Positions 7,168 through 16,409 of a stretch of 20,000 nucleotides of DNA are shown piece after piece. The notes beneath the pieces were generated by a model, which saw only the letters and a program-made list of their open reading frames with translations, searched no databases and was not told the DNA's origin. The DNA comes from an uncultured virus (IMG/VR IMGVR_UViG_3300021957_000021) (taxonomy: Duplodnaviria > Heunggongvirae > Uroviricota > Caudoviricetes), in the IMG/VR virus record IMGVR_UViG_3300021957_000021. One strand, 5' to 3'. The position numbers were made by a program, and so were the translations under genes. Numbering within the stretch: position 1 is the first letter of the stretch; the number at the start of each line of letters is the position of its first letter.

Positions 7168-8081
7168 AACATATATGCAAGGTTTGTAAAAAACCCTTTA
7201 AGTCTGAAAGAGCACTTCATATACATATTAAGTCTCACAACATTTTATTGAGCGAATACTATACGACTTATTATCCAATGAAGAATTGGTATAATGGTGA
7301 GCTGTTACCTTTTAAAAACAAAAAAGATTATTTTCGCAAAAGATTTTCAACCAGATGGCAAATGGTGCAATGGCTTATAAAAAATAAAGACAATAAACTC
7401 GCTGAACATTATGCAGTTAGCGAGCTCAAGAATAGAATAGATGAGAAAAACCTCTTAAAGGCTCCTAGTCATATAGAGTTGCAGATATATGACTTACCCC
7501 CTATAGATAGCTATAAAATGCTTTTTGGGTCATATACAGAGGCTTGTAAGCTCACAGGGGTTGAGCCAATATTCACCAAAAGAATATGTAAAGAGTTTTA
7601 CGCTGATAAATATAAAGATACGCCAATATTTATAGATACTAGAGAACAACAACCATTATCATTTCCCAACTCTAAAACAATGAAGTTAGATTTTGGAGAT
7701 TATACTTCATCTGGCGATTATTACTCATATACTTATGTTGACCGAAAAGGAGAGCAAGATTTTAAATCAACAATGTCTACAGGTTTTGAGCGATTTAAAA
7801 AAGAATTAGATAGGTGTAGAAACATGGGGTGCTATTTATATGTGGTTACCGAAAGCGATATAGAAAAAATAAAAAAGAGAAACAATTTTTCCAAACACCG
7901 ATCTAACTTAAATTACATATGGCACAATATGAGAGTTTTATCTCATGAATACGCGGGATGCTGCCAATTTATCTTCACGGGAAATCGAGAAAAATCTGTA
8001 GAAATTATTCCAAAATTATTAGTTCTTGGGGATGCTTTATGGGGTACAGACATTCAATATTATTTAGACAAACAAAAATGA
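7152..8081 (+). CDS. C2H2 zinc finger + ERCC4/XPF-type nuclease-domain protein
   Basis: CKVC..F....L..H...H; IDTREQ.PL.F.....L.FGDY.........DRK...DF...RF.KEL.R. Confidence 0.8.
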   Translation: MDQNVEHICKVCKKPFKSERALHIHIKSHNILLSEYYTTYYPMKNWYNGELLPFKNKKDYFRKRFSTRWQMVQWLIKNKDNKLAEHYAVSELKNRIDEKNLLKAPSHIELQIYDLPPIDSYKMLFGSYTEACKLTGVEPIFTKRICKEFYADKYKDTPIFIDTREQQPLSFPNSKTMKLDFGDYTSSGDYYSYTYVDRKGEQDFKSTMSTGFERFKKELDRCRNMGCYLYVVTESDIEKIKKRNNFSKHRSNLNYIWHNMRVLSHEYAGCCQFIFTGNREKSVEIIPKLLVLGDALWGTDIQYYLDKQK

Positions 8082-9946
8082 GCTGGGAACCAGGAAATCA
8101 ACCAAACAATCCTTTTAAGGAGGATATAAATAAATTACTTTTAGATAAAGGTTTTTTAGAAGAAGAAGAAGCTAAAATATTGTTATATCAATTTTTAAGA
8201 GAAAATATAACTTTCACAACTAGCTTACTGTCAGGAGTAGATTTATTTCCATTTCAACACATGGCGATTAAAGGTATGTTTGAAACTGACTACTTCCTAG
8301 GCATTTGGAGTCGGGGTATGTCGAAATCTTTTACTACAGGAATTTATGCCTTCCTGGACGCTATACTGAATCAGGGCGTAGAGATAGGGATATTAGCTGC
8401 TTCATTTAGGCAGTCAAAACAAATATTTAAAAAAATTGAAGATATTGCAAATAAGCCTCAGGCAAGAATGCTTGCAGGCTGCATTACTAAAAAAAGCAAG
8501 AGTAATGATGAATGGTTGATGGAAATAGGTAGAAGCAGAATCAGGGCCCTACCATTAGGTGATGGTTCCAAGCTTCGTGGTTTTAGATTTCATAGAATCA
8601 TTATTGATGAGATGTTATTAATGCCTGAAAGAGTATACAATGAAGTTATTGTGCCATTCTTGTCTGTTGTTGAAAATCCTACTCAAAGAGAGGAGTTATT
8701 TAACCTTGAAACAAACTTGATAAAAAAAGGCGAAATGACTGAAGATCAAAGATATAGATGGCCTAACAATAAATTAATAATGTTATCATCCGCTAGTTAT
8801 AAATTTGAATATTTGTATAAATTATATTCTAATTTTGAAGATTTAATACTGAATCATGTTGATCATAAAGATGGTTCTAATGCTAGAAGATCTATTATGC
8901 ATTTTAGTTATGATTGTGCTCCCAAGCAATTGTATGATGTAAATTTAATTAATCAATCTAAAGCTACAATGAGTCAGTCTCAGTTCGATAGAGAGTTTAA
9001 TGCTATATTTACAGATGATAGCAGTGGATATTTTAAAACTTCTAGAATGGCGGAATGCACAATAAAGGATGGAGAAGGGCAATGCGTGGAAATAGCGGGC
9101 GAGTCTGACGCTAAATATATTTTAGCTATCGACCCTAGTTGGGCAGAAAGTGAAAGCTCTGATGATTTCGCAATGCATATACTTAAGTTAAATGATGAGA
9201 AGCGAAATGCTACTGTGGTACACAGTTATGCAATGGCTGGTGCTCGATTACAGGATCATATGTTTTATTTTAAATATCTTATAGAAAAATTTAATATCGT
9301 TAGTATTGTAGCTGACTATATGGGAGGCGTTCAATTTATTAATGCTGTTAATGAAAGTTCTATGTTTAAAAAAGATAATATTAACTTTAAACAAATAGAT
9401 GTTAATTTTGATGAATTAAATGATTATCAGAATGTCCTTAAAGGAGTTAGACAACAATATAACCAACAGGACAGAAGAATTTGTTTCCTAAGAAAACCTA
9501 GTTCTGACTGGATAAGAAGAGCGAACGAATCTCTTCAGGCGAATTTCGATCATAAAAGATTGTGGTTTGCGTCAAGAGCTATTGACGAAGATTATGCTAT
9601 GCAACGCAGAAAGAAAATACCAATCACAAAATTAAAATTTTTAAAAAATGAAGAAAAGAATCAGTCTCCCCAATCTAAAATGATTGATCTCATTGAGCAT
9701 CAATACGATCTAATGAACCTAACCAAGTCTGAGTGCGCCCTAATTCAAATAAAAACTTCTCCCCAAGGAACCCAGACATTTGACTTGCCTGACAATTTAA
9801 AAAGACAGACAGGCCCCGAAAAAACTAGAAAAGACTCTTACTCCGCATTAGTTTTAGGTAACTGGATGACTTCATTATACTACGAATTTATGAATGTTGA
9901 TTTGACTCCAAAATACGCAAACTTTACGCCAATGTTTATAAAATAA
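8078..9946 (+). CDS. terL: Terminase large subunit
   Basis: L.PFQ adenine-binding motif, SRGMSKS Walker A, LRGFRF..IIIDE Walker B, SSA coupling motif, FDREF.A.F, RNase-H-like LAIDP..SDD and KD.YSA. ATGA overlap supports a start at 8078. Confidence 0.9.
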   Translation: MSWEPGNQPNNPFKEDINKLLLDKGFLEEEEAKILLYQFLRENITFTTSLLSGVDLFPFQHMAIKGMFETDYFLGIWSRGMSKSFTTGIYAFLDAILNQGVEIGILAASFRQSKQIFKKIEDIANKPQARMLAGCITKKSKSNDEWLMEIGRSRIRALPLGDGSKLRGFRFHRIIIDEMLLMPERVYNEVIVPFLSVVENPTQREELFNLETNLIKKGEMTEDQRYRWPNNKLIMLSSASYKFEYLYKLYSNFEDLILNHVDHKDGSNARRSIMHFSYDCAPKQLYDVNLINQSKATMSQSQFDREFNAIFTDDSSGYFKTSRMAECTIKDGEGQCVEIAGESDAKYILAIDPSWAESESSDDFAMHILKLNDEKRNATVVHSYAMAGARLQDHMFYFKYLIEKFNIVSIVADYMGGVQFINAVNESSMFKKDNINFKQIDVNFDELNDYQNVLKGVRQQYNQQDRRICFLRKPSSDWIRRANESLQANFDHKRLWFASRAIDEDYAMQRRKKIPITKLKFLKNEEKNQSPQSKMIDLIEHQYDLMNLTKSECALIQIKTSPQGTQTFDLPDNLKRQTGPEKTRKDSYSALVLGNWMTSLYYEFMNVDLTPKYANFTPMFIK

Positions 9947-9979
9947 AAGTTAAAAGTAACTTTAAAAGTAACTTTTTTT
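9945..9979. repeat. Tandem 12-bp AAAAGTAACTTT repeat/alternative hairpins followed by a T-run (weak terminator or operator)
   Basis: Copies at 9952-9963 and 9964-9975; AAAAGTTA (9945-9952) is complementary to TAACTTTT (9969-9976). Confidence 0.55.
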
Positions 9980-9997
9980 ACTTATTATAATATATAG

Positions 9998-10003
9998 GTG
10001 TAA
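9998..10003 (+). promoter_or_regulatory. GTGTAA putative phage promoter element
   Basis: 10 nt upstream of the portal ATG at 10014; no SD. Confidence 0.65.
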
Positions 10004-10013
10004 TTCTCGACAA

Positions 10014-11960
10014 ATGGCTAAAAGAAAATATACTAAGAAATCTGAATACTGGAAAAAGTTTGATCAAAGTCAACCTTTAGACAATATAATGATATCAAAT
10101 TCTACTCAATGGTCTCCAGAGTTATCTGGAGAAGGATTTTACCAGTCAATAGCTAGTGAATATAGTAGGGGCGGCAAAGTCGATACTCAAACAAGAAAGA
10201 ATCGCGCAGCCTTAGGCACGAAAGCTTCTAAATACGAAAACATTCACAAAGGGCTACTTCCATACCATTTCAGCGCAGAAGGGATACATATCAGAGAAGC
10301 TATTGAATTGTGCCAAAAAGCTTACTGTAATATTTCTATATTTAGAAACGCAATTGATATTATGTCTGAATTTGCTAATGCAGAAATTATGCTAGAAGGT
10401 GGGAGTGAAGTTGCTAGAAATTTTATAAAAAAATGGTTTGACAAAATTAACTTATGGTTTTTAAAAGATCAATTTTTTAGAGAGTATTATCGATCAGGAA
10501 ATGTTTTCTTATATACCTTAGAAGGTAAAATTGATTTAAATGATTTGAGAAGATCTTACAGAACAGAAATTATTGGTCTTAAAGGAAAAATTCCATTGAG
10601 GTACATCATCCTCAATCCGTATGACATCGTAAGAAGGCATAGTTCTTCATTTTCAGATTCATTATACGAAAAGATATTAAGTGAGTATGAGATAGAAAGA
10701 TTAAAAACCCCAAAGAACGATTTAGATAAGCAAATATTTGAATCCTTATCTCCTGAGGCTAAGAAGAAAGTTAAAGACAATGCTTACTTAAGGGATGGTG
10801 TAAAAGTTCCTCTTGATCCTAAATATCTTAGATACTGCTTTTATAAGAAACAAGACTATGAGCCATTTGCAATTCCATTTGGATTTTCTGTTTTAGACGA
10901 CATTAATTTCAAGCTAGAGCTTAAAAAAATTGATCAAGCTATTACTAGGACAATCGAAAATGTGATACTCTTAATTACAATGGGGGCTGAACCAGATAAA
11001 GGAGGAGTCAATCCAACCAACATGGTAGCTATGCAAAAGCTTTTTCAAAATGAGAGTGTCGGTAGAGTTTTAGTCAGTGACTATACAACTAAGGCTCAAT
11101 TTGTTATACCAGAAATTAATAAGGTTTTAGGCGCTGAAAAATATGAGATCGTCAATCAAGATATTAAAGAAGGCTTGCAGAATATAATTGTTGGCCAAGA
11201 AAAATTTTCAAATACTGCAGTTAAGGCTGAAATATTCCTAGAAAGGTTAAAAGAATCGAGGAATGCGTTTTTAAAGCAATTTCTTCAACCAGAAATCAAT
11301 CAGATTTGCAAAAACTTAGGAATGAAATCTATACCACAAGCAAAATTTGAAGAAGTAAACGTTAAGGATGAAACACAACTTCAAAGAGTAACTACAAGAT
11401 TAATGGAGATAGGAATACTGACTCCTCAACAAGGTGTAGATGTTATGAAAACTGGACTATTTCCAGAATCAAAAGAAATTTCGCCTGCTCAAGAAAAATT
11501 TGTAGAAGAGAGAGAAATGGGATATTACAATCCCTTGGTAGGCGGAGTTCCTATGATCGAAGGAGAAACTTCGACCCAAACACCTAAGTCTGCTGGCAGA
11601 CCAACTGGTACTTCAGGCATTCCAAAAGAATCTGCCGCTAAAGAAACATATGGTAGAACAGATATACAAAATGTAGTATATGCAACCGAGCAATTCGTAG
11701 AAGAAGCTAAAAAAATATTAAAATCTCATAAAAAAATAAAAAGATTAAATAAAGGACATCAAAAACTTATAAGTGAATTATGTTCTAAAATAGTAGTATC
11801 TTCTGAGCAAGAAAATTGGAATAAAAACTTTGAAAGCGTTGTTAAAGATTCTGAAAAGATTATGGATTTAAATACTTTATCAGGAATAGATAAAATATGC
11901 CTAGAGCATCAAATAGAAGAATACCCAGCTGCGTTACTATATCATAGTAAAAAAAAATAA
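10014..11960 (+). CDS. Portal protein
   Basis: Directly after TerL; RNAID.M..F, F.REYY.SGNVF.Y, Y.PFAIP...VL..I..K..L...D pattern; GRP motif in the disordered tail. Confidence 0.85.
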   Translation: MAKRKYTKKSEYWKKFDQSQPLDNIMISNSTQWSPELSGEGFYQSIASEYSRGGKVDTQTRKNRAALGTKASKYENIHKGLLPYHFSAEGIHIREAIELCQKAYCNISIFRNAIDIMSEFANAEIMLEGGSEVARNFIKKWFDKINLWFLKDQFFREYYRSGNVFLYTLEGKIDLNDLRRSYRTEIIGLKGKIPLRYIILNPYDIVRRHSSSFSDSLYEKILSEYEIERLKTPKNDLDKQIFESLSPEAKKKVKDNAYLRDGVKVPLDPKYLRYCFYKKQDYEPFAIPFGFSVLDDINFKLELKKIDQAITRTIENVILLITMGAEPDKGGVNPTNMVAMQKLFQNESVGRVLVSDYTTKAQFVIPEINKVLGAEKYEIVNQDIKEGLQNIIVGQEKFSNTAVKAEIFLERLKESRNAFLKQFLQPEINQICKNLGMKSIPQAKFEEVNVKDETQLQRVTTRLMEIGILTPQQGVDVMKTGLFPESKEISPAQEKFVEEREMGYYNPLVGGVPMIEGETSTQTPKSAGRPTGTSGIPKESAAKETYGRTDIQNVVYATEQFVEEAKKILKSHKKIKRLNKGHQKLISELCSKIVVSSEQENWNKNFESVVKDSEKIMDLNTLSGIDKICLEHQIEEYPAALLYHSKKK

Positions 11961-11973
11961 AAGCAAAAAATCT

Positions 11974-11979
11974 GTGTAA
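11974..11979 (+). promoter_or_regulatory. GTGTAA putative phage promoter element
   Basis: 8 nt upstream of ATG 11988 (MKAPFKY), which supports that start. Confidence 0.7.
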
Positions 11980-11987
11980 TGCTTTGT

Positions 11988-13595
11988 ATGAAAGCTCCTT
12001 TTAAATATAAAACAACTTTTTCGCAAAGCTCGCTAGCTTCGCTTGAAATTGAGTCTGAAGAAGGTATCTCAACTGCTTCGTTAAAACCTCTTTTACCACT
12101 CATCCCTGAGAATGTAAATCTTGAAAGAAATTTAGACTTGCTGGGTGTAGCTTTTAATGCTGCGGTTGCAAACAAATTTAATAACAATGGCGATGGAATT
12201 GAAACAGCGACCGCTGTAGCTATTAAAGATTATTTTATACATAAACCTGCAAACCTTGAGCATAATAGAGAAAACATAGTGGGTCATATTGTAAATGCTG
12301 GACTATCTGAATACAATTCTCAGCTTGGTAATTTACTTGATGAAAAAGAAGTGGCTGGAACAAATGAGGCATTTAACATAGCTTTAGCGGCAGTAGTTTA
12401 TAAAATAGCCAATCCTTCATTCGCTCAGTTAGTAGAAGATAGCGGAGACGAGGATTCGGATAACTATCAAGTAGTTTCTGCTAGTTGGGAGCTTGGTTTT
12501 AATAAGTATTATATTGCATTAGGCAGCGATGACCTTAAGGAAGCCGAACTTATTACGGACGAAAATCAAATTAAAGAACTTTCACAATACTTAATTACTC
12601 AAGGAGGAGTAGGTAAAACTGAAGACGGAGTAAAAGTAAGTAGGTTGGTAATCGGCGATGTTTACCCTTTGGGGATTGGTTTTACCTCCAAACCAGCCGC
12701 TGACGTCAAAGGCGTAATTCATTACAATGATGATGAAAAAGAAGATCAAAATAGCTTGGCGTCGTATCCAAAAACGGAAAAAATAGAAATTAATAAGACC
12801 TTTTTAAACCCTTTTTTACAAAAAGAATACAAAAAAATTTCCCAGAATAATAAAAAAGGGGTAATCTTACAAGATAACACAAAATTTAACATTATGGAAT
12901 CACAAGAATTAATTCAAGAATTCAAATCTGCATTAGCCGAACATAAGTTCGATAAAGAAGCTGTCGCTTCTATGACAGAAACATTCACTCAAGCTATCAA
13001 GCAAAAAGATGAAGATTATTTGTCAAGCGTCGAAGCAGCAAAAAATGCCGAGGCAGAATTATTGAAGCAGCAAGAAGAGCTCAAGGCTTCTGTAGAAAAA
13101 CTTCAAACCGAGCTTAAAGAAGCTCAGTCTGCAGTTGAATCTTTAGAAGCTGAGAAGACTCAAGAGCTTACCAAAGCTACCTTCAATGAAAGAATGGGTG
13201 CCCTTGATTCTGAGTACAATCTAGAAGACGAAGACAAAAAGATTGTTGCTTCAGAGTTGAACGAACTTGACGTATCTGCTGAATCATTTGCTGATTATAA
13301 GGCTAAGTTCGAAAAAGTGTGGCAGCATAAAAATAAAGCTTTCATTGAAGAGCAGGAAAAAGCTTTTCAAGAAAAACTAAACGAAGCTGTTGAAGCTAAA
13401 TTAAAAGAAGTTCAAACCAGTGAAGCATCAGAAGTTGAATCAACTGAAGAAGTAACACCTGAAGAAGTTCTTGATAACGCCGAAGCTTCTAATGTAGAAA
13501 TTTCAAATTCAAGCGAAACATTGTCTGAAGAGCCAGAAACTCTTGCTGAGAGATTCCAAAAAGCTTTCAAAGACAACGTTGTTGTAAAATACTAA
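11988..13595 (+). CDS. Prohead protease fused to scaffolding protein
   Basis: N.NGD...P.N.EH....IVGHI, S.SWE, G.GFT..PA (herpes/HK97-like protease pattern); acidic coiled-coil C-terminal half; lies between portal and capsid genes. Confidence 0.8.
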   Translation: MKAPFKYKTTFSQSSLASLEIESEEGISTASLKPLLPLIPENVNLERNLDLLGVAFNAAVANKFNNNGDGIETATAVAIKDYFIHKPANLEHNRENIVGHIVNAGLSEYNSQLGNLLDEKEVAGTNEAFNIALAAVVYKIANPSFAQLVEDSGDEDSDNYQVVSASWELGFNKYYIALGSDDLKEAELITDENQIKELSQYLITQGGVGKTEDGVKVSRLVIGDVYPLGIGFTSKPAADVKGVIHYNDDEKEDQNSLASYPKTEKIEINKTFLNPFLQKEYKKISQNNKKGVILQDNTKFNIMESQELIQEFKSALAEHKFDKEAVASMTETFTQAIKQKDEDYLSSVEAAKNAEAELLKQQEELKASVEKLQTELKEAQSAVESLEAEKTQELTKATFNERMGALDSEYNLEDEDKKIVASELNELDVSAESFADYKAKFEKVWQHKNKAFIEEQEKAFQEKLNEAVEAKLKEVQTSEASEVESTEEVTPEEVLDNAEASNVEISNSSETLSEEPETLAERFQKAFKDNVVVKY

Positions 13596-13621
13596 AATTT
13601 ATTAATTAAAGGAAAACAAAA

Positions 13622-14248
13622 ATGGGACTAAGAATATTACCATTCAGACAGTACGACGAAAACGATGTTATTAATCTTTTTGCTGCCAAAAGCGGTCAAG
13701 AAGTTGATAACCTCGATGATGCCCTAAGCACTGCAAAAGTGCATGGCGGAGTTTTCGTTCAAGTTGAAGTCGGAGACCTTAATAACGATCCAATTGAATA
13801 TGGAGCTGATTCCTACTTGGGCAAGACTGATTACCCCCATATAGGCGCCAACCAATATCCAACTGTTCCGCATAAGGTCGAACTCGCAGACGGATCCTCT
13901 AAAGCATTAGGGATCACTCTTAACCAAGTCGCTAAAGCTGACGAGAATGGAGAGAAGCTTCTCTATTATCCTCAAAAAGCTTTAGAAAATCACGCAGTGC
14001 TTCCTGGTCAAGCAGTACCTGTAGCTCGTAAGGGTATCTTTACTCTTCACGAATCTGCATTTGATGTTGCCGACTGGGATACAGATGCCGCTATCGGATA
14101 TACGCTTCTCGTTACTAGTAGCGGACAAGTTTCTGGACAGGCTGCAGCAGACTTGGATAGCGTAGGCACTATTCTCGCTACTGGATCTCGCACAGAACCT
14201 GTTGGTTCTCTTGGCGGAAATTACGCAATTTGTGCAATTGATTGCTAA
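13622..14248 (+). CDS. Head decoration/minor capsid protein
   Basis: Between scaffold and MCP; ALGITL...V.PGQAVPV..KG.F pattern; SD AAGGA upstream. Confidence 0.7.
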   Translation: MGLRILPFRQYDENDVINLFAAKSGQEVDNLDDALSTAKVHGGVFVQVEVGDLNNDPIEYGADSYLGKTDYPHIGANQYPTVPHKVELADGSSKALGITLNQVAKADENGEKLLYYPQKALENHAVLPGQAVPVARKGIFTLHESAFDVADWDTDAAIGYTLLVTSSGQVSGQAAADLDSVGTILATGSRTEPVGSLGGNYAICAIDC

Positions 14249-14269
14249 ACTAAAGGAGAAATTACGAAA

Positions 14270-15382
14270 ATGAATATTACATTAAAAAGAACAGAAGAGC
14301 AAGTTGAACTCGTAAAAGCAATGGCTTCGAAAAATCGCGAAACCGCATATGAGGCTCAAGCAGCTCTAGCAGCTTTCTTGGCTCCAGTGTTGGCAGAAGT
14401 GATTAACAATGCTCCTACTTTGAGTAACTTGTTTCAAACTTTATCTTTCGATGCAGATGATAATCCAAGCATTCCACTGGATCTTTACTATGACGTAGAG
14501 GACGAAGACTACATTCAGGTTTACAGCCAGTCTGTACCAGGTGGTCTTCCAACCAGTCAAGTACAACCTAGCTTCAGCGAAATGAAGGTAACTACTTACA
14601 ATCTTGATAGCGCAGTATCTTTCGATAAGAAATATGCAGCAAAATCTCGTCTTGATGTAGTTGGTAAAACCTTTACTCGCGTTGCTCAAGAGCTTTTGCT
14701 TAAGCAAGAGCGTACTTCAGCTAATTTGATCATGGGAGCTTTGAAAAAAGCTAGTACCAATAGTCAGTCTCACGTTATTGATTGTTCTGTAAATAACAGA
14801 GTTATGCTTGACGACTTTAATCGTCTTATGACTCTTGCTAAAAGAATCAACACTTCTTTCAGTGGTGGAACTCCAACTGATCGCAGAAGTGGAGTTACAG
14901 ACCTTATTTGTTCGCCTGAAGTAGTACAAGAGCTTCGCTCCTTGGCTTACAATCCAGTGAACACAAAAAGCGCTTCTGGAGCTGCTGCAGCTGCAGCTAA
15001 TCCTCCGATTGCTGCTACTGACGATATGCGTGAAAGCATTTATAACAATGCTGGAATTCCTGAGTTCTATGGCGTTTCCATTATGGAAATTAATGAGCTT
15101 GGTGTTGGTCAAAAGTACAACAAGATTTATAGCACAATTTCTGGAGCTGCCTTAGGTGCGACAGAAGAAATTATTCTTGGTCTTGACCGTAGCCGTGATT
15201 CTCTCATGAGAGTTCTTTCTCGCGACTCCGAGAGTGGCGCTGAAATGAGTCTTGTTGCAGACGATCAGTACAGTGTCCGTCAACAAAAAATCGGATATTA
15301 TGGATCTCTTGAAGAGGGACGTGTCATCCTTGATGATCGTGCTCTTTACGGATTGGTTGCTACTAATCTCAGCGGAATTTAA
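14270..15382 (+). CDS. Major capsid protein (HK97 fold)
   Basis: 370 aa, canonical position, SD AAGGAG, high-expression-like codon use, followed by a strong terminator. Confidence 0.88.
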   Translation: MNITLKRTEEQVELVKAMASKNRETAYEAQAALAAFLAPVLAEVINNAPTLSNLFQTLSFDADDNPSIPLDLYYDVEDEDYIQVYSQSVPGGLPTSQVQPSFSEMKVTTYNLDSAVSFDKKYAAKSRLDVVGKTFTRVAQELLLKQERTSANLIMGALKKASTNSQSHVIDCSVNNRVMLDDFNRLMTLAKRINTSFSGGTPTDRRSGVTDLICSPEVVQELRSLAYNPVNTKSASGAAAAAANPPIAATDDMRESIYNNAGIPEFYGVSIMEINELGVGQKYNKIYSTISGAALGATEEIILGLDRSRDSLMRVLSRDSESGAEMSLVADDQYSVRQQKIGYYGSLEEGRVILDDRALYGLVATNLSGI

Positions 15383-15410
15383 TTCCCCAGAACTTAACCC
15401 TTAACCAAAG

Positions 15411-15434
15411 AAGCTCGCTACGGCGAGCTTTTTT
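15411..15434 (+). terminator. Rho-independent terminator
   Basis: AAGCTCGC-TACG-GCGAGCTT + TTTT; C(UACG)G tetraloop. Confidence 0.92.
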
Positions 15435-15448
15435 GTTTTCTATTAAAC

Positions 15449-15477
15449 TTGAAAAAAGTGTATATTCATTGTATAAT
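15449..15477 (+). promoter_or_regulatory. Near-consensus sigma70 promoter with embedded GTGTAT
   Basis: TTGAAA (15449-15454), 17 nt, TATAAT (15472-15477); GTGTAT at 15458-15463; AAGG x3 SD region before ATG 15498. Confidence 0.75.
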
Positions 15478-15497
15478 AAAAAGGAAAGGTAAAAGGT

Positions 15498-15929
15498 ATG
15501 AAAAAAACAAACACAAAGAAGAGTTCACCAAAAGCTCAGTCAAAAGCTTCTAAGAAGCCTAAGAAAAATTTGATCGAAGAATTACAATCTATGGAACAAA
15601 CTACAGGTAAAGAATACATTCAGAAAACAAAAGAGCTTGAAGACATTCTTGGAGTAAAAGAAGTTAATCCATTCAAGACAGCAAATGCAAGCGTATTCCA
15701 AGAAAACTTGTCAGAAATGACTCTTGTAGATATGCAGTCATTAGCAGTAAGAGTCGGCGTAATGCCTTCAGCTAATCGCACTAATTTAAAAAAGAGATTA
15801 ATGAAGGAGTTTGAGCACAGAAATAAATCTAGAACAATTATCGGAGCAGCTGACTCCAGGCAGGTCGGGCTTAACACAAACAGCCCTGACTTTAAGGAAG
15901 TATCTAAAATATTAAGAGAGGGAATGTAA
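15498..15929 (+). CDS. Hypothetical basic protein (Lys-rich N-terminus, small helical LEM/Rho-N-like segment)
   Basis: SD present; L.EMTL.DMQ.LA..VG.....R..L..RL pattern. Confidence 0.65.
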   Translation: MKKTNTKKSSPKAQSKASKKPKKNLIEELQSMEQTTGKEYIQKTKELEDILGVKEVNPFKTANASVFQENLSEMTLVDMQSLAVRVGVMPSANRTNLKKRLMKEFEHRNKSRTIIGAADSRQVGLNTNSPDFKEVSKILREGM

Positions 15930-15930
15930 A

Positions 15931-16395
15931 TTGAGTAATATAGGAGATTTAGCTCAGGAAATATTTGATCATGAATTTGATTCAGACACAGAAGTTGCTA
16001 CAGTATCTTCTATTTCTGGATGGTTAGACTCTCATATAGGCAATCTTAATACTATGATACATACATCCTTTGATGTTGTCAATGGTGTTATTGAGCCTGA
16101 GGCTGACTTCAAAAATGAAGAAAAAGCTATATATCGAGCGATGTACCTAAAAAACTTCAACTCATCAATGTCTCGAAAAACTCTGCAGGGAGCCACTAAA
16201 TCAAGCGACTTTATACAAATACGTGACTCCGATGGCTCGATGATCGTAAGACCCAATAAGAACACTGCAGCGGGCGCATACAGATCTTTAGCTAGCGGTT
16301 ATGATCAAGAAATAAAAGAATTGGTTTCTGCATACCTTTCTTTTGAAAGCAAGCCAATACAAGTTGCAGGAAACGACGCTCCATCAAGCCAATAA
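15931..16395 (+). CDS. Putative head-tail adaptor/neck protein
   Basis: 154 aa, TTG start 1 nt after the upstream stop; helical with a beta hairpin (IRDSDGSMIVR); position after the capsid module. Confidence 0.55.
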   Translation: MSNIGDLAQEIFDHEFDSDTEVATVSSISGWLDSHIGNLNTMIHTSFDVVNGVIEPEADFKNEEKAIYRAMYLKNFNSSMSRKTLQGATKSSDFIQIRDSDGSMIVRPNKNTAAGAYRSLASGYDQEIKELVSAYLSFESKPIQVAGNDAPSSQ

Positions 16396-16401
16396 GTGTA
16401 A
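16396..16401 (+). promoter_or_regulatory. GTGTAA putative phage promoter element
   Basis: 8 nt upstream of the GTG start at 16410. Confidence 0.7.
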
Positions 16402-16409
16402 TTTAGAAT

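Noticed and set aside
7958..8077. ORF-track N-terminal extensions of TerL (7958), sigma (4759), GAF protein (3870) and protease (11979)
   Set aside because: Downstream ATGs at 8078, 4828, 3891 and 11988 fit stop/start coupling or motif spacing better
10798..10803. GTGTAA inside the portal gene (also 16570, 19428-, 19467-)
   Set aside because: No supported gene start at 8-10 nt; compatible with chance in AT-rich DNA, so not called promoters
8078..11960. Inteins/introns in terL or portal
   Set aside because: ORFs continuous and of plausible size; no intein terminal or LAGLIDADG motifs seen
14441..15112. Two minus-strand ORFs (88 and 131 aa)
   Set aside because: Antisense to the major capsid gene; expected by-product of biased codon use
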